Assembly: GCA_965216325.1 (NCBI GenBank)
Contig: OZ244160.1
Coordinates: forward strand, 2,176,001-2,240,000
Length of the DNA stretch: 64,000 nucleotides
Reading direction: 5' to 3'
Origin: Coraliomargarita sp.
GTDB taxonomy: Bacteria; Verrucomicrobiota; Verrucomicrobiia; Opitutales; Coraliomargaritaceae
The position numbers and the translations under genes were made by a program. Of the stretch, positions 22,905 through 32,931 are shown in pieces. The notes under the pieces were generated by a model. It did not search any database. It was not told the DNA's origin and saw only the letters and a program-made list of their open reading frames with translations. The first letter of the stretch is position 1. Each line of letters opens with the position of its first letter.

Positions 22905-25475
22905 ATGCTTGCCGTGTGCACTAAACAAATGTCAGATTTTTCTTCTATGTTCAAAATTTCCGTTCCAAGATTAATCACCGTCGGTTTTCTTTTCCCTTCA
23001 TTCCTTAGCAGTTTGGGCGCGCAGGCACTGCTTATTGATGGAGGGACTGCCTCTGATGGCGCTAGTCTTTACAAGGATTTTGAAGTCGAAATTCCTGTAT
23101 CTGCTAATCCACTGAGTGTTGCTTCTGTGTCTGCGGATTTTAATGCCACGGATGGCAATGAAGGACTTTCTTCTGAGGAGATCAGGACTCGATTCATTGA
23201 ATGGGGTGATTCAGGAAAAAAAGCTGCATACATATTTTTGGTGGATGTCAGTGATGTTGAGGATACCTCTGAGCTCAGAACTGGCACCAAAACTGTTGAG
23301 GTTGGGATTTTTAAAAGCGATAAGGAGGTCGAGGTTCAAGAACAGCACATTGTTCCTGTTGATCGTGACGACATTGTTAGGGAATATGCGCGAATGCTTT
23401 CTGGGGCAGTCAGAACTTACAAGGATCCTGAATTTGCTTTGTATACCTACAGCGATTCTTTGGATAGGGATGTGAAGTTGGGTCAGTCACCAATCGATTT
23501 CAATGACGTGGCTAGGGGCTTGTTGAGTCCAAACACCGAAAGCAACTCAGAGAAAGCAGTTCTCTATCAAGCAATTTATGAGAGTCTGCAAGATCTAGCT
23601 GACCACAGTGCTGACCGAAAAGCACTCATAGTCATGGGGAGCGGCAGGACAGACGATGAGGCTGCTTTTGATGAACGTAAAGTCGTCGACCTGGCTGTTG
23701 CGTCGGGCATATCAATTTATAGTCTGGGCGGAAGCAGCGGAGAGCAGAATCGTGTATTCTTGAACTTTTTGAAGAATCTATCCGGTGGAACGAATGGGCT
23801 TTATCAAGAGGTGTCTAGTGATGGTGTCCAGAATATGGATTCCGATTTTATTCAGACCATTTTTGATAATATTGAAAATGGGGGCGAACTGCGAGTAACA
23901 CTACCAGCGAAACTTCAAGGTCGCGGTGATATCGAGATCGAGTTAACGCTTAGCGATGAAAGCGTTGTTCAAGTTTCTAGGCCTATAGAGCTAGTGGAAG
24001 CGACTGACTTTGCTTCCGCAGTGAACTATTCAGTTTTACTAGATGAGCAAAATGAAGCTAGCCAGACCTCTGAGCTGGAATCCAAAAATTTATCTACTTT
24101 CCCTGTCAGAATTGATCCGGATTCGAGAACATATGTCTTAGATTTATCGTTTAATAGGGCCGTTGATTTGGTCGATGTTAGCTTGGATGAATCCAGTAAT
24201 GTTGATTTCAAGTATACGCCATTTGAATCAAGTCGTGCCGATTCTGCATACGTCTATCTCTTAGATACGAGCGATACGGCTGACGAAGAAGACAAAGGCT
24301 TACACCTTGCTGTTTTCAAGTCAGTCCTCTTGCGGTTAATTGAGCAATCTAATGAGAAGCAACTTGCTGGAGTTGGAACCCTCGGGGATTCATTGAATAT
24401 GCTCTTGGCGCTCGATAAATATAACAAATCTGAGCTTACCAATAAGGTTCTCTCAATGGAGGAAGGAAGCTCGTCATATGGCGTCTCATCGAACTTCTAC
24501 GACGGTGCCTATCATGCAATTGATCAACTAGCTGAAGCTGACAATGAGACCCGCAAGATTCTAGTGGTCTTTTCAACAGGCCGAACCGAAGTAGGTAGTG
24601 GAAAGTATAGCATTCAAGCTTTATCTGACTATGCTAAAGAGGCAGGAGTGATTGTCCGAATTGTCGGGTTGAACGTAAAAAATCCGGATGCGTTACTCAA
24701 GTTTGAGCCCTTCAGCGCTAATGGCACTTTCGATGCAGTTACATTTGAAGAAGATGAGAACGTAGCCCTTCTGCCCTCATCCTTCTTTGAAAACTTCTAT
24801 GGCATCTTTGAAAATGGAGGACAGATTGAATTTAATCTTCCCCCAAGTAAGCGTATGACTGAGCAAGTTAATATGGTATTGACCTTCTCGGATGATGTTT
24901 CCTTTGAGTTCTCTTACCTAGTTGACCTTGGGGAGACTACACAAATTCAAAGTTCTGATAATTCTGATGATGTGGATTCTTTAGAAGATGGCAGCGAGAA
25001 GTCATTTCCTCTTATTGTGATACTGGTTGGTGCCGCAGTAGTCTGCTCTGTTATTATTGTTGTTGTAATTATTGCTCGTCGAAAGACACGGAATGTTGAG
25101 GTAACTGATCGATTGGTTGTAACATCTAATGATGAAGTCTCAGATTTACCACCTCCGCCTGATTTGAGTGGTTTTGATGGCGGTTCTATTTTTGGCTGGA
25201 TAGAAATGGTTGATTCTACGGGCCGTAAGCATCCGATCAATTTGCCTGCTTTTCGGATTGGTAGGAATGAGTCGAATGATTTAGTATTCCAAAATGACTC
25301 TGTATCGGGGTTTCATGCGGAAATTGTGGCGTCTCGTGATGGTAGTATCTCAATATCTGACTTAGATTCATCTAATAAAGTTTACGTCAATGGTCTGAAA
25401 GTCGACGTCGCAACTTTGAAAGACGGTGACCTCGTTGACTTAGGCGAAGTTAAGTTCCGATTTATCTCCAAGTAA
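22905..25475 (+). CDS. Two VWA-like ectodomains + TM + cytoplasmic FHA domain
   Basis: Signal peptide; duplicated AY.FL.D.SD...RKAL.V..GR units; TM (LIVILVGAAVV...); FHA IGR..ND...DSVSGFHA..DLDSSN. Confidence 0.8.
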   Translation: MLAVCTKQMSDFSSMFKISVPRLITVGFLFPSFLSSLGAQALLIDGGTASDGASLYKDFEVEIPVSANPLSVASVSADFNATDGNEGLSSEEIRTRFIEWGDSGKKAAYIFLVDVSDVEDTSELRTGTKTVEVGIFKSDKEVEVQEQHIVPVDRDDIVREYARMLSGAVRTYKDPEFALYTYSDSLDRDVKLGQSPIDFNDVARGLLSPNTESNSEKAVLYQAIYESLQDLADHSADRKALIVMGSGRTDDEAAFDERKVVDLAVASGISIYSLGGSSGEQNRVFLNFLKNLSGGTNGLYQEVSSDGVQNMDSDFIQTIFDNIENGGELRVTLPAKLQGRGDIEIELTLSDESVVQVSRPIELVEATDFASAVNYSVLLDEQNEASQTSELESKNLSTFPVRIDPDSRTYVLDLSFNRAVDLVDVSLDESSNVDFKYTPFESSRADSAYVYLLDTSDTADEEDKGLHLAVFKSVLLRLIEQSNEKQLAGVGTLGDSLNMLLALDKYNKSELTNKVLSMEEGSSSYGVSSNFYDGAYHAIDQLAEADNETRKILVVFSTGRTEVGSGKYSIQALSDYAKEAGVIVRIVGLNVKNPDALLKFEPFSANGTFDAVTFEEDENVALLPSSFFENFYGIFENGGQIEFNLPPSKRMTEQVNMVLTFSDDVSFEFSYLVDLGETTQIQSSDNSDDVDSLEDGSEKSFPLIVILVGAAVVCSVIIVVVIIARRKTRNVEVTDRLVVTSNDEVSDLPPPPDLSGFDGGSIFGWIEMVDSTGRKHPINLPAFRIGRNESNDLVFQNDSVSGFHAEIVASRDGSISISDLDSSNKVYVNGLKVDVATLKDGDLVDLGEVKFRFISK

Positions 25476-25502
25476 GACCTGCTTCAATACGCTGAATATA
25501 AC

Positions 25503-25778
25503 ATGAAAATTTACACAATAGGGCGCTCGTCGGATGCAGACATTTGCTTGGGGCAGTTAAGTGAGGGAGGATCCGTTAGTGATTTTCATGCAGATTTGGT
25601 GCTTTCCGCGGAAGTAAATGATGTATTGCTAGTTGATCGAAATAGCAGCAACGGCACCTATGTTTGGTGCGATAACAATTGGGAGAGAGTTTCTCAGCTG
25701 AAGGTTGCTCGGGATTCAACCGTTTCCTTTGGCAAATGCAGAATTAAACTCAGCGAACTTATATCGAAAACCAATTAA
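25503..25778 (+). CDS. Stand-alone FHA domain protein
   Basis: IGRSSDADI, VSDFHA, DRNSSNGTYV. Confidence 0.85.
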   Translation: MKIYTIGRSSDADICLGQLSEGGSVSDFHADLVLSAEVNDVLLVDRNSSNGTYVWCDNNWERVSQLKVARDSTVSFGKCRIKLSELISKTN

Positions 25779-25799
25779 GAGTAAATAGGAGATAGCAAA

Positions 25800-26384
25800 A
25801 TGACTGATGACGGGAAGACACGTATTATAAAGCGAGGCGATCAAGGACCTCCTCCCTTTGGGGGCGGTGTTCCAACGCGGGCCGGAGGGACTACGAAGGT
25901 TGATTCTCCGTCGGGTGCACCAGCACCTACCAGAAAAGTTGAATCGCCGCATTCTGTGCCAGCTAAGGCAGCTGATTCTAATAAAACAAAATTAGTTCGT
26001 CCACGGTCGGCTAATGATGCATCTGATGAGCAAGAGTGGAATCCAGTCGTAGGTTGGGTTGTGGTTGTTGACGGGCCTGGGAAGGGTAATAGTTTAAACG
26101 TCGGTATAGGGTATAATCACCTAGGTAGAGGTGATAATCACAGAATAAATTTAAACTTTGGCGATGAGTCTATTTCTCGCGAAGCCCAGGCCACGATTAC
26201 TTTTGATCAGCAGAGTGGGAAATTCTTTGTGATGCCATCTGGTCAGGGCGTGAATATGGTCTACCATAATAGCAATCCGCTTCTACAGTATCAGGAATTA
26301 GAGAAGGACGACGAGATTAAGGTAGGGGCGACAATATTGCGTTTCTGCCCATTTTGTTCTGCTGATTTCAAATGGGATGCCTAA
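25800..26384 (+). CDS. FHA domain protein with disordered Thr-rich N-terminus
   Basis: PVVGWVVVVDGPGKG, LGRG, DESISR, LRFCPFC..F.W. Confidence 0.85.
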   Translation: MTDDGKTRIIKRGDQGPPPFGGGVPTRAGGTTKVDSPSGAPAPTRKVESPHSVPAKAADSNKTKLVRPRSANDASDEQEWNPVVGWVVVVDGPGKGNSLNVGIGYNHLGRGDNHRINLNFGDESISREAQATITFDQQSGKFFVMPSGQGVNMVYHNSNPLLQYQELEKDDEIKVGATILRFCPFCSADFKWDA

Positions 26385-27134
26385 ATGATTCCTGAGTGGA
26401 ATTTTGCTGGTAGGCAAATTTTAGGCTGTCGAGAGGCCCAAGAAGATGCTTATGCATTTATGGGGTTGGGCAGCTCCAAAGCTTCAGAATTTGACCCTCT
26501 TTTTTTTGTCCTCGCAGATGGTATGGGTGGTTACACTGCTGGCGATGTCGCTAGTGGCTTAGCGACTGAAGAATTTTGCAAGCAAGCGTCTATCTCTAAA
26601 AAGGATTGGCGTCGTCTGTTTGAAGAAGGTTTGGCGGCTGCAAATGAGAAAATTGAGGCCTTGAATAAAAATGTTGGTGAGTCCGGTTGCACTGTGGTTT
26701 CTTCCATAGTTCATGGAGGTAAGCTTTTTTGGGTAAGTGTAGGTGATTCTGCGCTTTATTTATTTCGAGGGGGTGAGCTGATCCGGCTAAACCAAGATCA
26801 TTCACTGCGCTCGGAATGCATGCAAAGACTAGAAAAAGGCGAAATTTCAGCAGAAGAGGCGCAACATAATAGTAGCCTACTGTGCTCTGCGATTACGGGC
26901 GACGAGATTGAGCAAGTCGATTTGAATGTCGATGGACGAAATCTTCATGCTGGGGATATTATAATTGCAGCTACTGATGGCCTTGAGACGATCAATCATA
27001 ATGAAATCGAAAGGAAGCTTGGGAGAATAAGGCATCTTTCTGCATCTTCGATTGCGAGCGCGCTGCTCAACTCGGTAGAAAACGAGCGAAAAGATCAGCA
27101 AGATAACACCACGATCTTGTGCATTAAGCTATGA
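26385..27134 (+). CDS. PP2C/PPM Ser/Thr phosphatase
   Basis: G.RE.QEDA, LADGMGG, VGDS, DHS, ATDGL, QDNTT. Confidence 0.92.
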   Translation: MIPEWNFAGRQILGCREAQEDAYAFMGLGSSKASEFDPLFFVLADGMGGYTAGDVASGLATEEFCKQASISKKDWRRLFEEGLAAANEKIEALNKNVGESGCTVVSSIVHGGKLFWVSVGDSALYLFRGGELIRLNQDHSLRSECMQRLEKGEISAEEAQHNSSLLCSAITGDEIEQVDLNVDGRNLHAGDIIIAATDGLETINHNEIERKLGRIRHLSASSIASALLNSVENERKDQQDNTTILCIKL

Positions 27135-27175
27135 GCTGGTTTTCATGATACACAGCGATATATAGGTTTGGTTAA

Positions 27176-27910
27176 GTGGAGATATACACAAGTCAGCATC
27201 TAGGTGATCGGGAAGAGCAACAAGATCGTGTTTTCTGCGAAAGTGACTCGCGAGGCACTATTTTGTTGGTTGCTGATGGTGTCGGCGGAATGTCATTTGG
27301 CGAGCAAGCAGCTCAGGCCGTATCTGATACTGCTTTCAAGTTCTGGCAGGATTGGGAGCCAAACCAAGTTGATGCGTTACAGCTTTTGCAGAGTATCGCC
27401 GAAGCTTCTCATCTGGCTATCCAATCTTTAGGCAGCGCCCCGAAGTCAAACGCTCGATCAACTTTAGTTTGCGCGGCCATTGTGGATAGCCGCTGTGCTT
27501 GGCTTTCATGTGGCGATTCGCGACTCTACCATCTTAATGGTCAGGGTTCACTATGGAGGACTGTTGACCATTCCGTGGTTCAACTATTGGTCGACCGTGG
27601 GGTTGTTGCTGAGGAGGATATGGGGACTCATCCAGATCAAGGAAAGCTATATCAATCACTAGGTGGAGATGCAGATCCCGAACCTGATTCTGGTTGGCTA
27701 GATTTGAAGCAGAATGATACTGTCATACTGTCCAGCGATGGCTTTTGGGAACATATTTCGAAAAATGATATTCAATGTATGGCAAGTATGCCACATTCCT
27801 CTCTGGCTAGCCGGGTGGATAAGTTGGTCGAGGACTGCTACAATGGAGCTAATGGCTCTAGTGACAACATCAGCTTAGTCGTGGCTCGGCAGTCTGATAT
27901 CCGTCCGTAA
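27176..27910 (+). CDS. Second PP2C/PPM Ser/Thr phosphatase
   Basis: GDREEQQDR, VADGVGG, GDSRLY, DHS, SDGFWE, DNIS. Confidence 0.92.
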   Translation: MEIYTSQHLGDREEQQDRVFCESDSRGTILLVADGVGGMSFGEQAAQAVSDTAFKFWQDWEPNQVDALQLLQSIAEASHLAIQSLGSAPKSNARSTLVCAAIVDSRCAWLSCGDSRLYHLNGQGSLWRTVDHSVVQLLVDRGVVAEEDMGTHPDQGKLYQSLGGDADPEPDSGWLDLKQNDTVILSSDGFWEHISKNDIQCMASMPHSSLASRVDKLVEDCYNGANGSSDNISLVVARQSDIRP

Positions 27911-28037
27911 ACTCTTTTCGGCATCAGTGTAGAGTAGCTACTGGATGCGGTTAGTATTTATTCTGTTTTTGTCTTTATTTACCCCTGTAATTTTGTCTGT
28001 TTGAGGGTGATATCGCACACTAAATTCTAAACCGAAA

Positions 28038-29567
28038 ATGATCATGGATAGACGCCCAATTTTTCTTTATACGCGGATGACTGCTATCCTGTTGGGCACT
28101 CTGCTGCTGCCGACGTTTCTTCATGCAAAGATGGATCCGGATACACAGGCTGAAGTCGGAAACAGCGTTTTCCGAATTTTAAAATATTCGCAAGTCTACA
28201 GAACGGACATATCCAAGTTCCTTAAAACAGAAAACATTAATGACATAAAGGTGGCATCACATCCTTTCACTGCTAGTGTTGGAATGGGCACTGGGTTTGC
28301 AGTTGCAAAAAGCGATGACGGCAAGGGTGTGTTTATCATGACTAATCATCATGTTATTGACCATGATCCAATCGTTCCGGTGAAACGGGGCGATGATATG
28401 GAAGTGCTGTTTTACAAAAAACGATTTATGAGCCAGTATGCAGATTACTTCCTGGTGGTTCGCCTGAGCCCAGAAGGAAGGGGAATCGAGGTTTATGCTG
28501 GAGAAGTTATCCAAAGCAGTGAGAGATATGATTTTGCACTAATTTATATCGAAGAAGCTGATGTCTCAATTCTTCCATTTACTGATAAAGAGCTGATTGC
28601 TGGGGACTCGGTAACTGCAATCGGTTACCCTGGTATCGCAATGAATCGTAACAAGACTTTTGATTTCATAGACAAGTATGTTGCTAGAGTCGGTAAGGAC
28701 TTTGATGAAAGTGGTATACTGCCTCACAGAGTCGACCTCGTATCTGCTGTTGGTGATGAGATAAACGATTTTACGCCGAATTTTCAGTTTGGTGATGTTG
28801 AGAAGATTGGACTTTATTCCCCAAGCGCGGACTCAGAGTCTATGAAGGCGGTCTTCCACAGCGCTGGTATCGATAAGGGGAATTCTGGCGGGCCCATATT
28901 AAACAACTTTGGTGAAGTTGTTGCTCAAAGCACATGGGGTAAGTCTACTAGTTCTGGTGGGGATCAAAAGGTTTCTCAGCATGTTGAGGTCATTACGTCT
29001 TGGTTAGATAAATACTCGATATCCTATTCCGTGGGACGCTCAGTAGGGAGCTCTACAGTTCTTTATGTTGTGATTGGCTTTGTAGTCGTTTTGTGCGTAT
29101 TTGCCGCCGGATTTTTTGGGATCACACTGTTCAAAGTGAAGTCCGAAAATAGCTTACAAGGTTCTAATGCGGGGCCCAACAACAAGAGAGCGGCTGTAGG
29201 CAAAAATCCAGCGAAGACAAACCGAGTTAGGGGCGGCACATTACGCTTGATTTTGAAGGATAGGCATAGTGGCAGTGCAGTTAAGCAAATCGATGTAGAT
29301 CGAGCGAAATTTGATGGTAAGGGGCGCTATCTTGTTTTAGGGCGGGATTCAGCATTCTCCGATGTCGAAATTGCGAATAGTTCACTGTCTCGACAACACA
29401 TAGGTATCGTTTGGAGCCGCGATGGTGAAATACTTATTGAAGATCGTAATTCAACCAATGGAACAAAAGTTCGTGGTAAGTCTTTGGCGCCCTTTGAGGC
29501 TATTCCGCTGCCAGATCTTGTTGAATTTCAAATCGGTGAACTATTGGGGACTGCCCAAGTTATTTAG
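28038..29567 (+). CDS. Trypsin-like serine protease + TM + FHA domain
   Basis: Signal peptide; GTGF, TNHHV (His), DFALI (Asp), GNSGGP (Ser); TM; FHA LGRD..SLSRQH..DRNSTNGT. Confidence 0.88.
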   Translation: MIMDRRPIFLYTRMTAILLGTLLLPTFLHAKMDPDTQAEVGNSVFRILKYSQVYRTDISKFLKTENINDIKVASHPFTASVGMGTGFAVAKSDDGKGVFIMTNHHVIDHDPIVPVKRGDDMEVLFYKKRFMSQYADYFLVVRLSPEGRGIEVYAGEVIQSSERYDFALIYIEEADVSILPFTDKELIAGDSVTAIGYPGIAMNRNKTFDFIDKYVARVGKDFDESGILPHRVDLVSAVGDEINDFTPNFQFGDVEKIGLYSPSADSESMKAVFHSAGIDKGNSGGPILNNFGEVVAQSTWGKSTSSGGDQKVSQHVEVITSWLDKYSISYSVGRSVGSSTVLYVVIGFVVVLCVFAAGFFGITLFKVKSENSLQGSNAGPNNKRAAVGKNPAKTNRVRGGTLRLILKDRHSGSAVKQIDVDRAKFDGKGRYLVLGRDSAFSDVEIANSSLSRQHIGIVWSRDGEILIEDRNSTNGTKVRGKSLAPFEAIPLPDLVEFQIGELLGTAQVI

Positions 29568-29575
29568 GCTGATCG

Positions 29576-31516
29576 ATGGAAGATTCAGAAGGCATATACG
29601 GGTTCGCTCTCCCGAATGGGACAGTCATAGACAAATACAGAATAACTAAGGTTCTTGGACAGGGAGGCTTCGGTATTACATACCTTGCTATTGATGAATC
29701 TTTGGGAAAGCGGGTCGCAATCAAAGAGTGTTTCCCATCAGATGTTAGTTCACGTCCTGATGGAGTCACAGTGGCTCCACTCTCAGAAAAAAAGAAGAGT
29801 GACTTTGATTGGGCACTAAAGCGTTTTGTAGAAGAGGCACAGATACTCGCCAAGTTCGAGCATCCTAATATTGTGTCGGTAACAGATGTATTCCACTCGT
29901 CAGGCACAGCTTATATGGCGACAGCCTTCATAAACGGCATGAGTTTTGATGCGTGGCTTGCTGAATCTGGGGGGCGAGTCCCAGAACAATTACTCATTCA
30001 AGTATTTGTTCGGATTCTAAGTGGCTTGAAGCTGGTTCACTCGGAAGAGGTCCTTCACCGCGATATTAAGCCAGAGAACATATACATTGATACGCATGGA
30101 CAGCCCGTGTTGCTAGATTTCGGAAGTGCTCGACAGGCAGTTACAAATAAAAGCATGCCTGTCACATCAGTAGTTAGTCCTGGATACGCCCCCTTTGAAC
30201 AGTATTTTGAAGACGGAAATCAAGGGCCTTGGACTGATCTATATGCTTTAGGTGCAGTTATGTATCATGCTGTTACTGGAACTGCTCCACCAGAAGCAAC
30301 TCGACGTGAGAGAAATGACTCTTACCAGCCTTGTGCAGAAACTCATGCGGGAAGTTATTCTCGGGAATTTTTAGAGACCGTGGATTCCTTGTTGAGCCAG
30401 CAGGAAAAGGGGCGTCCGCAGTCTGTGGACGAACTTTATCAGTCTTGGTCAGGTTCAGCATTTTGGTCTCCTTACATTGGCGGTGTGACGATTGTTAACC
30501 CTGTTGTGTCCGAAAGCTCTCGGGGCACTTCTGTTGACGACAGCCGAAATGAACGCGACCCCGTTGCTATAAAGCGCTTCTTGATTCCCTTTATCGTGTT
30601 AGTGTCACTTATTTTAGTTTCGCTGTTAGCATGGTTCATGTTTGCCTCGGACGAAGGCCAAAATCCCGAAATACATACGGCTGATAGTCCGCGTAACGAT
30701 GTGCGAAGTGTTCCGACCGAAGTTAATACTAGATCATCACCATCCGAAGTGTCGGCACCTCGAGATGCTGTTGAGGAAGGATCAGTCGCCGAGAGAAACC
30801 CCATTCGGGAGATTTTTGCGGACGGTAATATCTCGGCATTTGAATTTACCCAATATCGTAGAGAGATTTTCGAGTTGGCTGATGGTGGAGACGTTCCTGC
30901 CATGCGAGCGATTTACAAGCATTTGGAAGCTTACGAGCCTGAGGTTGCCCTGAAATATGCAGAAATGGCGGCTGAGGCAGGAGATTCTGAGATGGCACTG
31001 CTTGCGGGGCAGAGACATGCCAAATCTAATCGTAATTACTCTAGGGCACTTTCCTTGTGGAAACTAATCAACGAAAACTCAGAGTATTATTCTGAGGCCG
31101 CTACTTTAATAGGTGAGTGCTATTTTAAAGGTCTTGGCGTGCGGAAAAATTCAAGTGCTGCGGTAGAATTCTTTGAAAAAGCAAGTAAAGGAGGCAGTGC
31201 TGAAGCATTCGTAAACCTTGGCATTATTTACTACAAGGGGGACGGGGTTCGGGGTGATTACGCGAAGGCTTATAATAGTTTTAGGGAGGCTGAAGATCTC
31301 GGCGCTGCAAGCGCATTGTTCAATCTAGGCGTGCTTTACATGAATGGACATGGTGTTGCTCAAAATATCAGGACTGGCGCTGATTATTTCCGTAGAGGAG
31401 CTATACAAGGCAATCAGGCCGCCATAAATGCTTACGCAAAATGTCTTGCTAACGGTCATGGAGTCCCTCAGAACATCCAAGAGTCTGAAAGATGGCTCCA
31501 AAAGCTAACCAATTAA
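29576..31516 (+). CDS. Hanks-type Ser/Thr kinase + TM + Sel1 repeats
   Basis: GQGGFG, VAIKE, HRDIKPEN, DFG, YAPFE, DLYALG; TM; Sel1 repeats (LG..Y..G.GV..D). Confidence 0.93.
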   Translation: MEDSEGIYGFALPNGTVIDKYRITKVLGQGGFGITYLAIDESLGKRVAIKECFPSDVSSRPDGVTVAPLSEKKKSDFDWALKRFVEEAQILAKFEHPNIVSVTDVFHSSGTAYMATAFINGMSFDAWLAESGGRVPEQLLIQVFVRILSGLKLVHSEEVLHRDIKPENIYIDTHGQPVLLDFGSARQAVTNKSMPVTSVVSPGYAPFEQYFEDGNQGPWTDLYALGAVMYHAVTGTAPPEATRRERNDSYQPCAETHAGSYSREFLETVDSLLSQQEKGRPQSVDELYQSWSGSAFWSPYIGGVTIVNPVVSESSRGTSVDDSRNERDPVAIKRFLIPFIVLVSLILVSLLAWFMFASDEGQNPEIHTADSPRNDVRSVPTEVNTRSSPSEVSAPRDAVEEGSVAERNPIREIFADGNISAFEFTQYRREIFELADGGDVPAMRAIYKHLEAYEPEVALKYAEMAAEAGDSEMALLAGQRHAKSNRNYSRALSLWKLINENSEYYSEAATLIGECYFKGLGVRKNSSAAVEFFEKASKGGSAEAFVNLGIIYYKGDGVRGDYAKAYNSFREAEDLGAASALFNLGVLYMNGHGVAQNIRTGADYFRRGAIQGNQAAINAYAKCLANGHGVPQNIQESERWLQKLTN

Positions 31517-31571
31517 TGGCCTAATTCTACAATCTCAAAACTACTAATTACTAGCCTTGCAATCCTGCAAA

Positions 31572-32126
31572 ATGAAAGCATCAAAAAACTCAATCGTCCC
31601 GATTTTTATAACTGGTTCTCTACTCGCATCGATGACTTTACAGACTGGTTGTAATACAACCGAGGCAGGTGGCACCGCAGGAGGGGCGGCTATTGGTGGG
31701 TTGTTGGGCCAGGCTATTGGTGGAGACACTGAGAGTACGGTGATAGGTGCCGCTATTGGAGGTTTGATTGGTAATGTTGCTGCACGATATTACGTTGCCA
31801 ATCAAGAGCAAAAGCAAGTGGCCGAAGCAAATGCTAGAGCTGCGGTTTTGCAATATCAACAAGAGCAGGAGGAGCTGAAGCTAGAAGCTGAAGCTGACCC
31901 TAGCGTGGAATACGTTGAGCAAGAGCTGCCACGATATATTGCTGTTGAAACAGCTGCACCTGAAGATGCTCAGCTAGCTGAAGGGGCAAAGCAGCAAGTG
32001 ATGCTTTGGGATGTTCAGTCTCAAACATTGGTAGGAGAAAAGGTTTATAATCTGAGCGACACTCCCGCATCTGGCGAGACACTTGATTTTGGTGATTTGC
32101 AAGATGCAATGTTTCTCGATTCCTAG
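31572..32126 (+). CDS. Glycine-zipper lipoprotein
   Basis: Lipobox LQTGC followed by GAAIGGLLG..IG...GAAIGGLIG. Confidence 0.75.
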   Translation: MKASKNSIVPIFITGSLLASMTLQTGCNTTEAGGTAGGAAIGGLLGQAIGGDTESTVIGAAIGGLIGNVAARYYVANQEQKQVAEANARAAVLQYQQEQEELKLEAEADPSVEYVEQELPRYIAVETAAPEDAQLAEGAKQQVMLWDVQSQTLVGEKVYNLSDTPASGETLDFGDLQDAMFLDS

Positions 32127-32148
32127 CTAAGCTCTTAGCTTATCGCCT

Positions 32149-32817
32149 TTAGATCGATAAAGTATCTGGGGCAGGTGCTGTATGCTCCGACGGTGAAAGA
32201 CTTTCTAGCTCCTGAGTTAGCCATACTTTCTCAAGGCCTCCCATGTTGGCCATATGTTCTGCGAATTCTTCCTCGATAGTAAGAGGTCTATCATTGCTGG
32301 AATCTGCATGTGCTCGTTTTGATCCATCAATTTCAGCTTCGGTTGTTCCCATTGCTTTGTAAATAAGTCTTCTGTCTCGGACTGATAGGTCTTTGAGGTA
32401 GGCTTGCAGTTCTTCTTCAACAGGCTTCTGAGCATGGTTTGTTTGAGTGTCTTGCCTGCTGTTTTCTATGATATTGCACATCACTGAGATTTGTCGGCTT
32501 GCACTTATAATATCGTTGAGATTCTGGGGTAGGCTCTCGCTGCTTTCATACAAAGCGCCAAATTGCTCACTTAAATTTTCTCGAATTTCGTTCGTTATAT
32601 TTGGATATGTAGACTCAAAGTTGGAGGCCGTCATAAGGCAAACAGTGTTCCCTTGGTTATCTTCTCCATGAATGAGAATTGCTTCATCACTGTCTGGTGC
32701 ATGATTTTGATCGATGCTTATTTGGCTAACCAGATCATTCTCGAATGCCATCGAGATGGGTAAAACCTCTCGTGAAGTGTATGCTTTACTGGGCGGATTA
32801 GTAGAATATTGTGCCAT
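32149..32817 (-). CDS. Hypothetical protein
   Basis: 222-aa ORF preceded by ATAGGATA; no recognisable motif. Confidence 0.55.
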   Translation of the reverse strand: MAQYSTNPPSKAYTSREVLPISMAFENDLVSQISIDQNHAPDSDEAILIHGEDNQGNTVCLMTASNFESTYPNITNEIRENLSEQFGALYESSESLPQNLNDIISASRQISVMCNIIENSRQDTQTNHAQKPVEEELQAYLKDLSVRDRRLIYKAMGTTEAEIDGSKRAHADSSNDRPLTIEEEFAEHMANMGGLEKVWLTQELESLSPSEHTAPAPDTLSI

Positions 32818-32931
32818 TGATTTTTATCCTATTTTTTAGTTTTCTTGTTAACAGGATATCAGTGAGTGGTTAAGATTCTCTTAAATCCACTGGCCGTTTC
32901 TGATTTGCTGGAGTTGTAACGGTAGAGTCTT

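Noticed and set aside
22905..32126. Type VI secretion locus
   Set aside because: No tssB/C, hcp, vgrG, clpV or tssM-like genes recognisable
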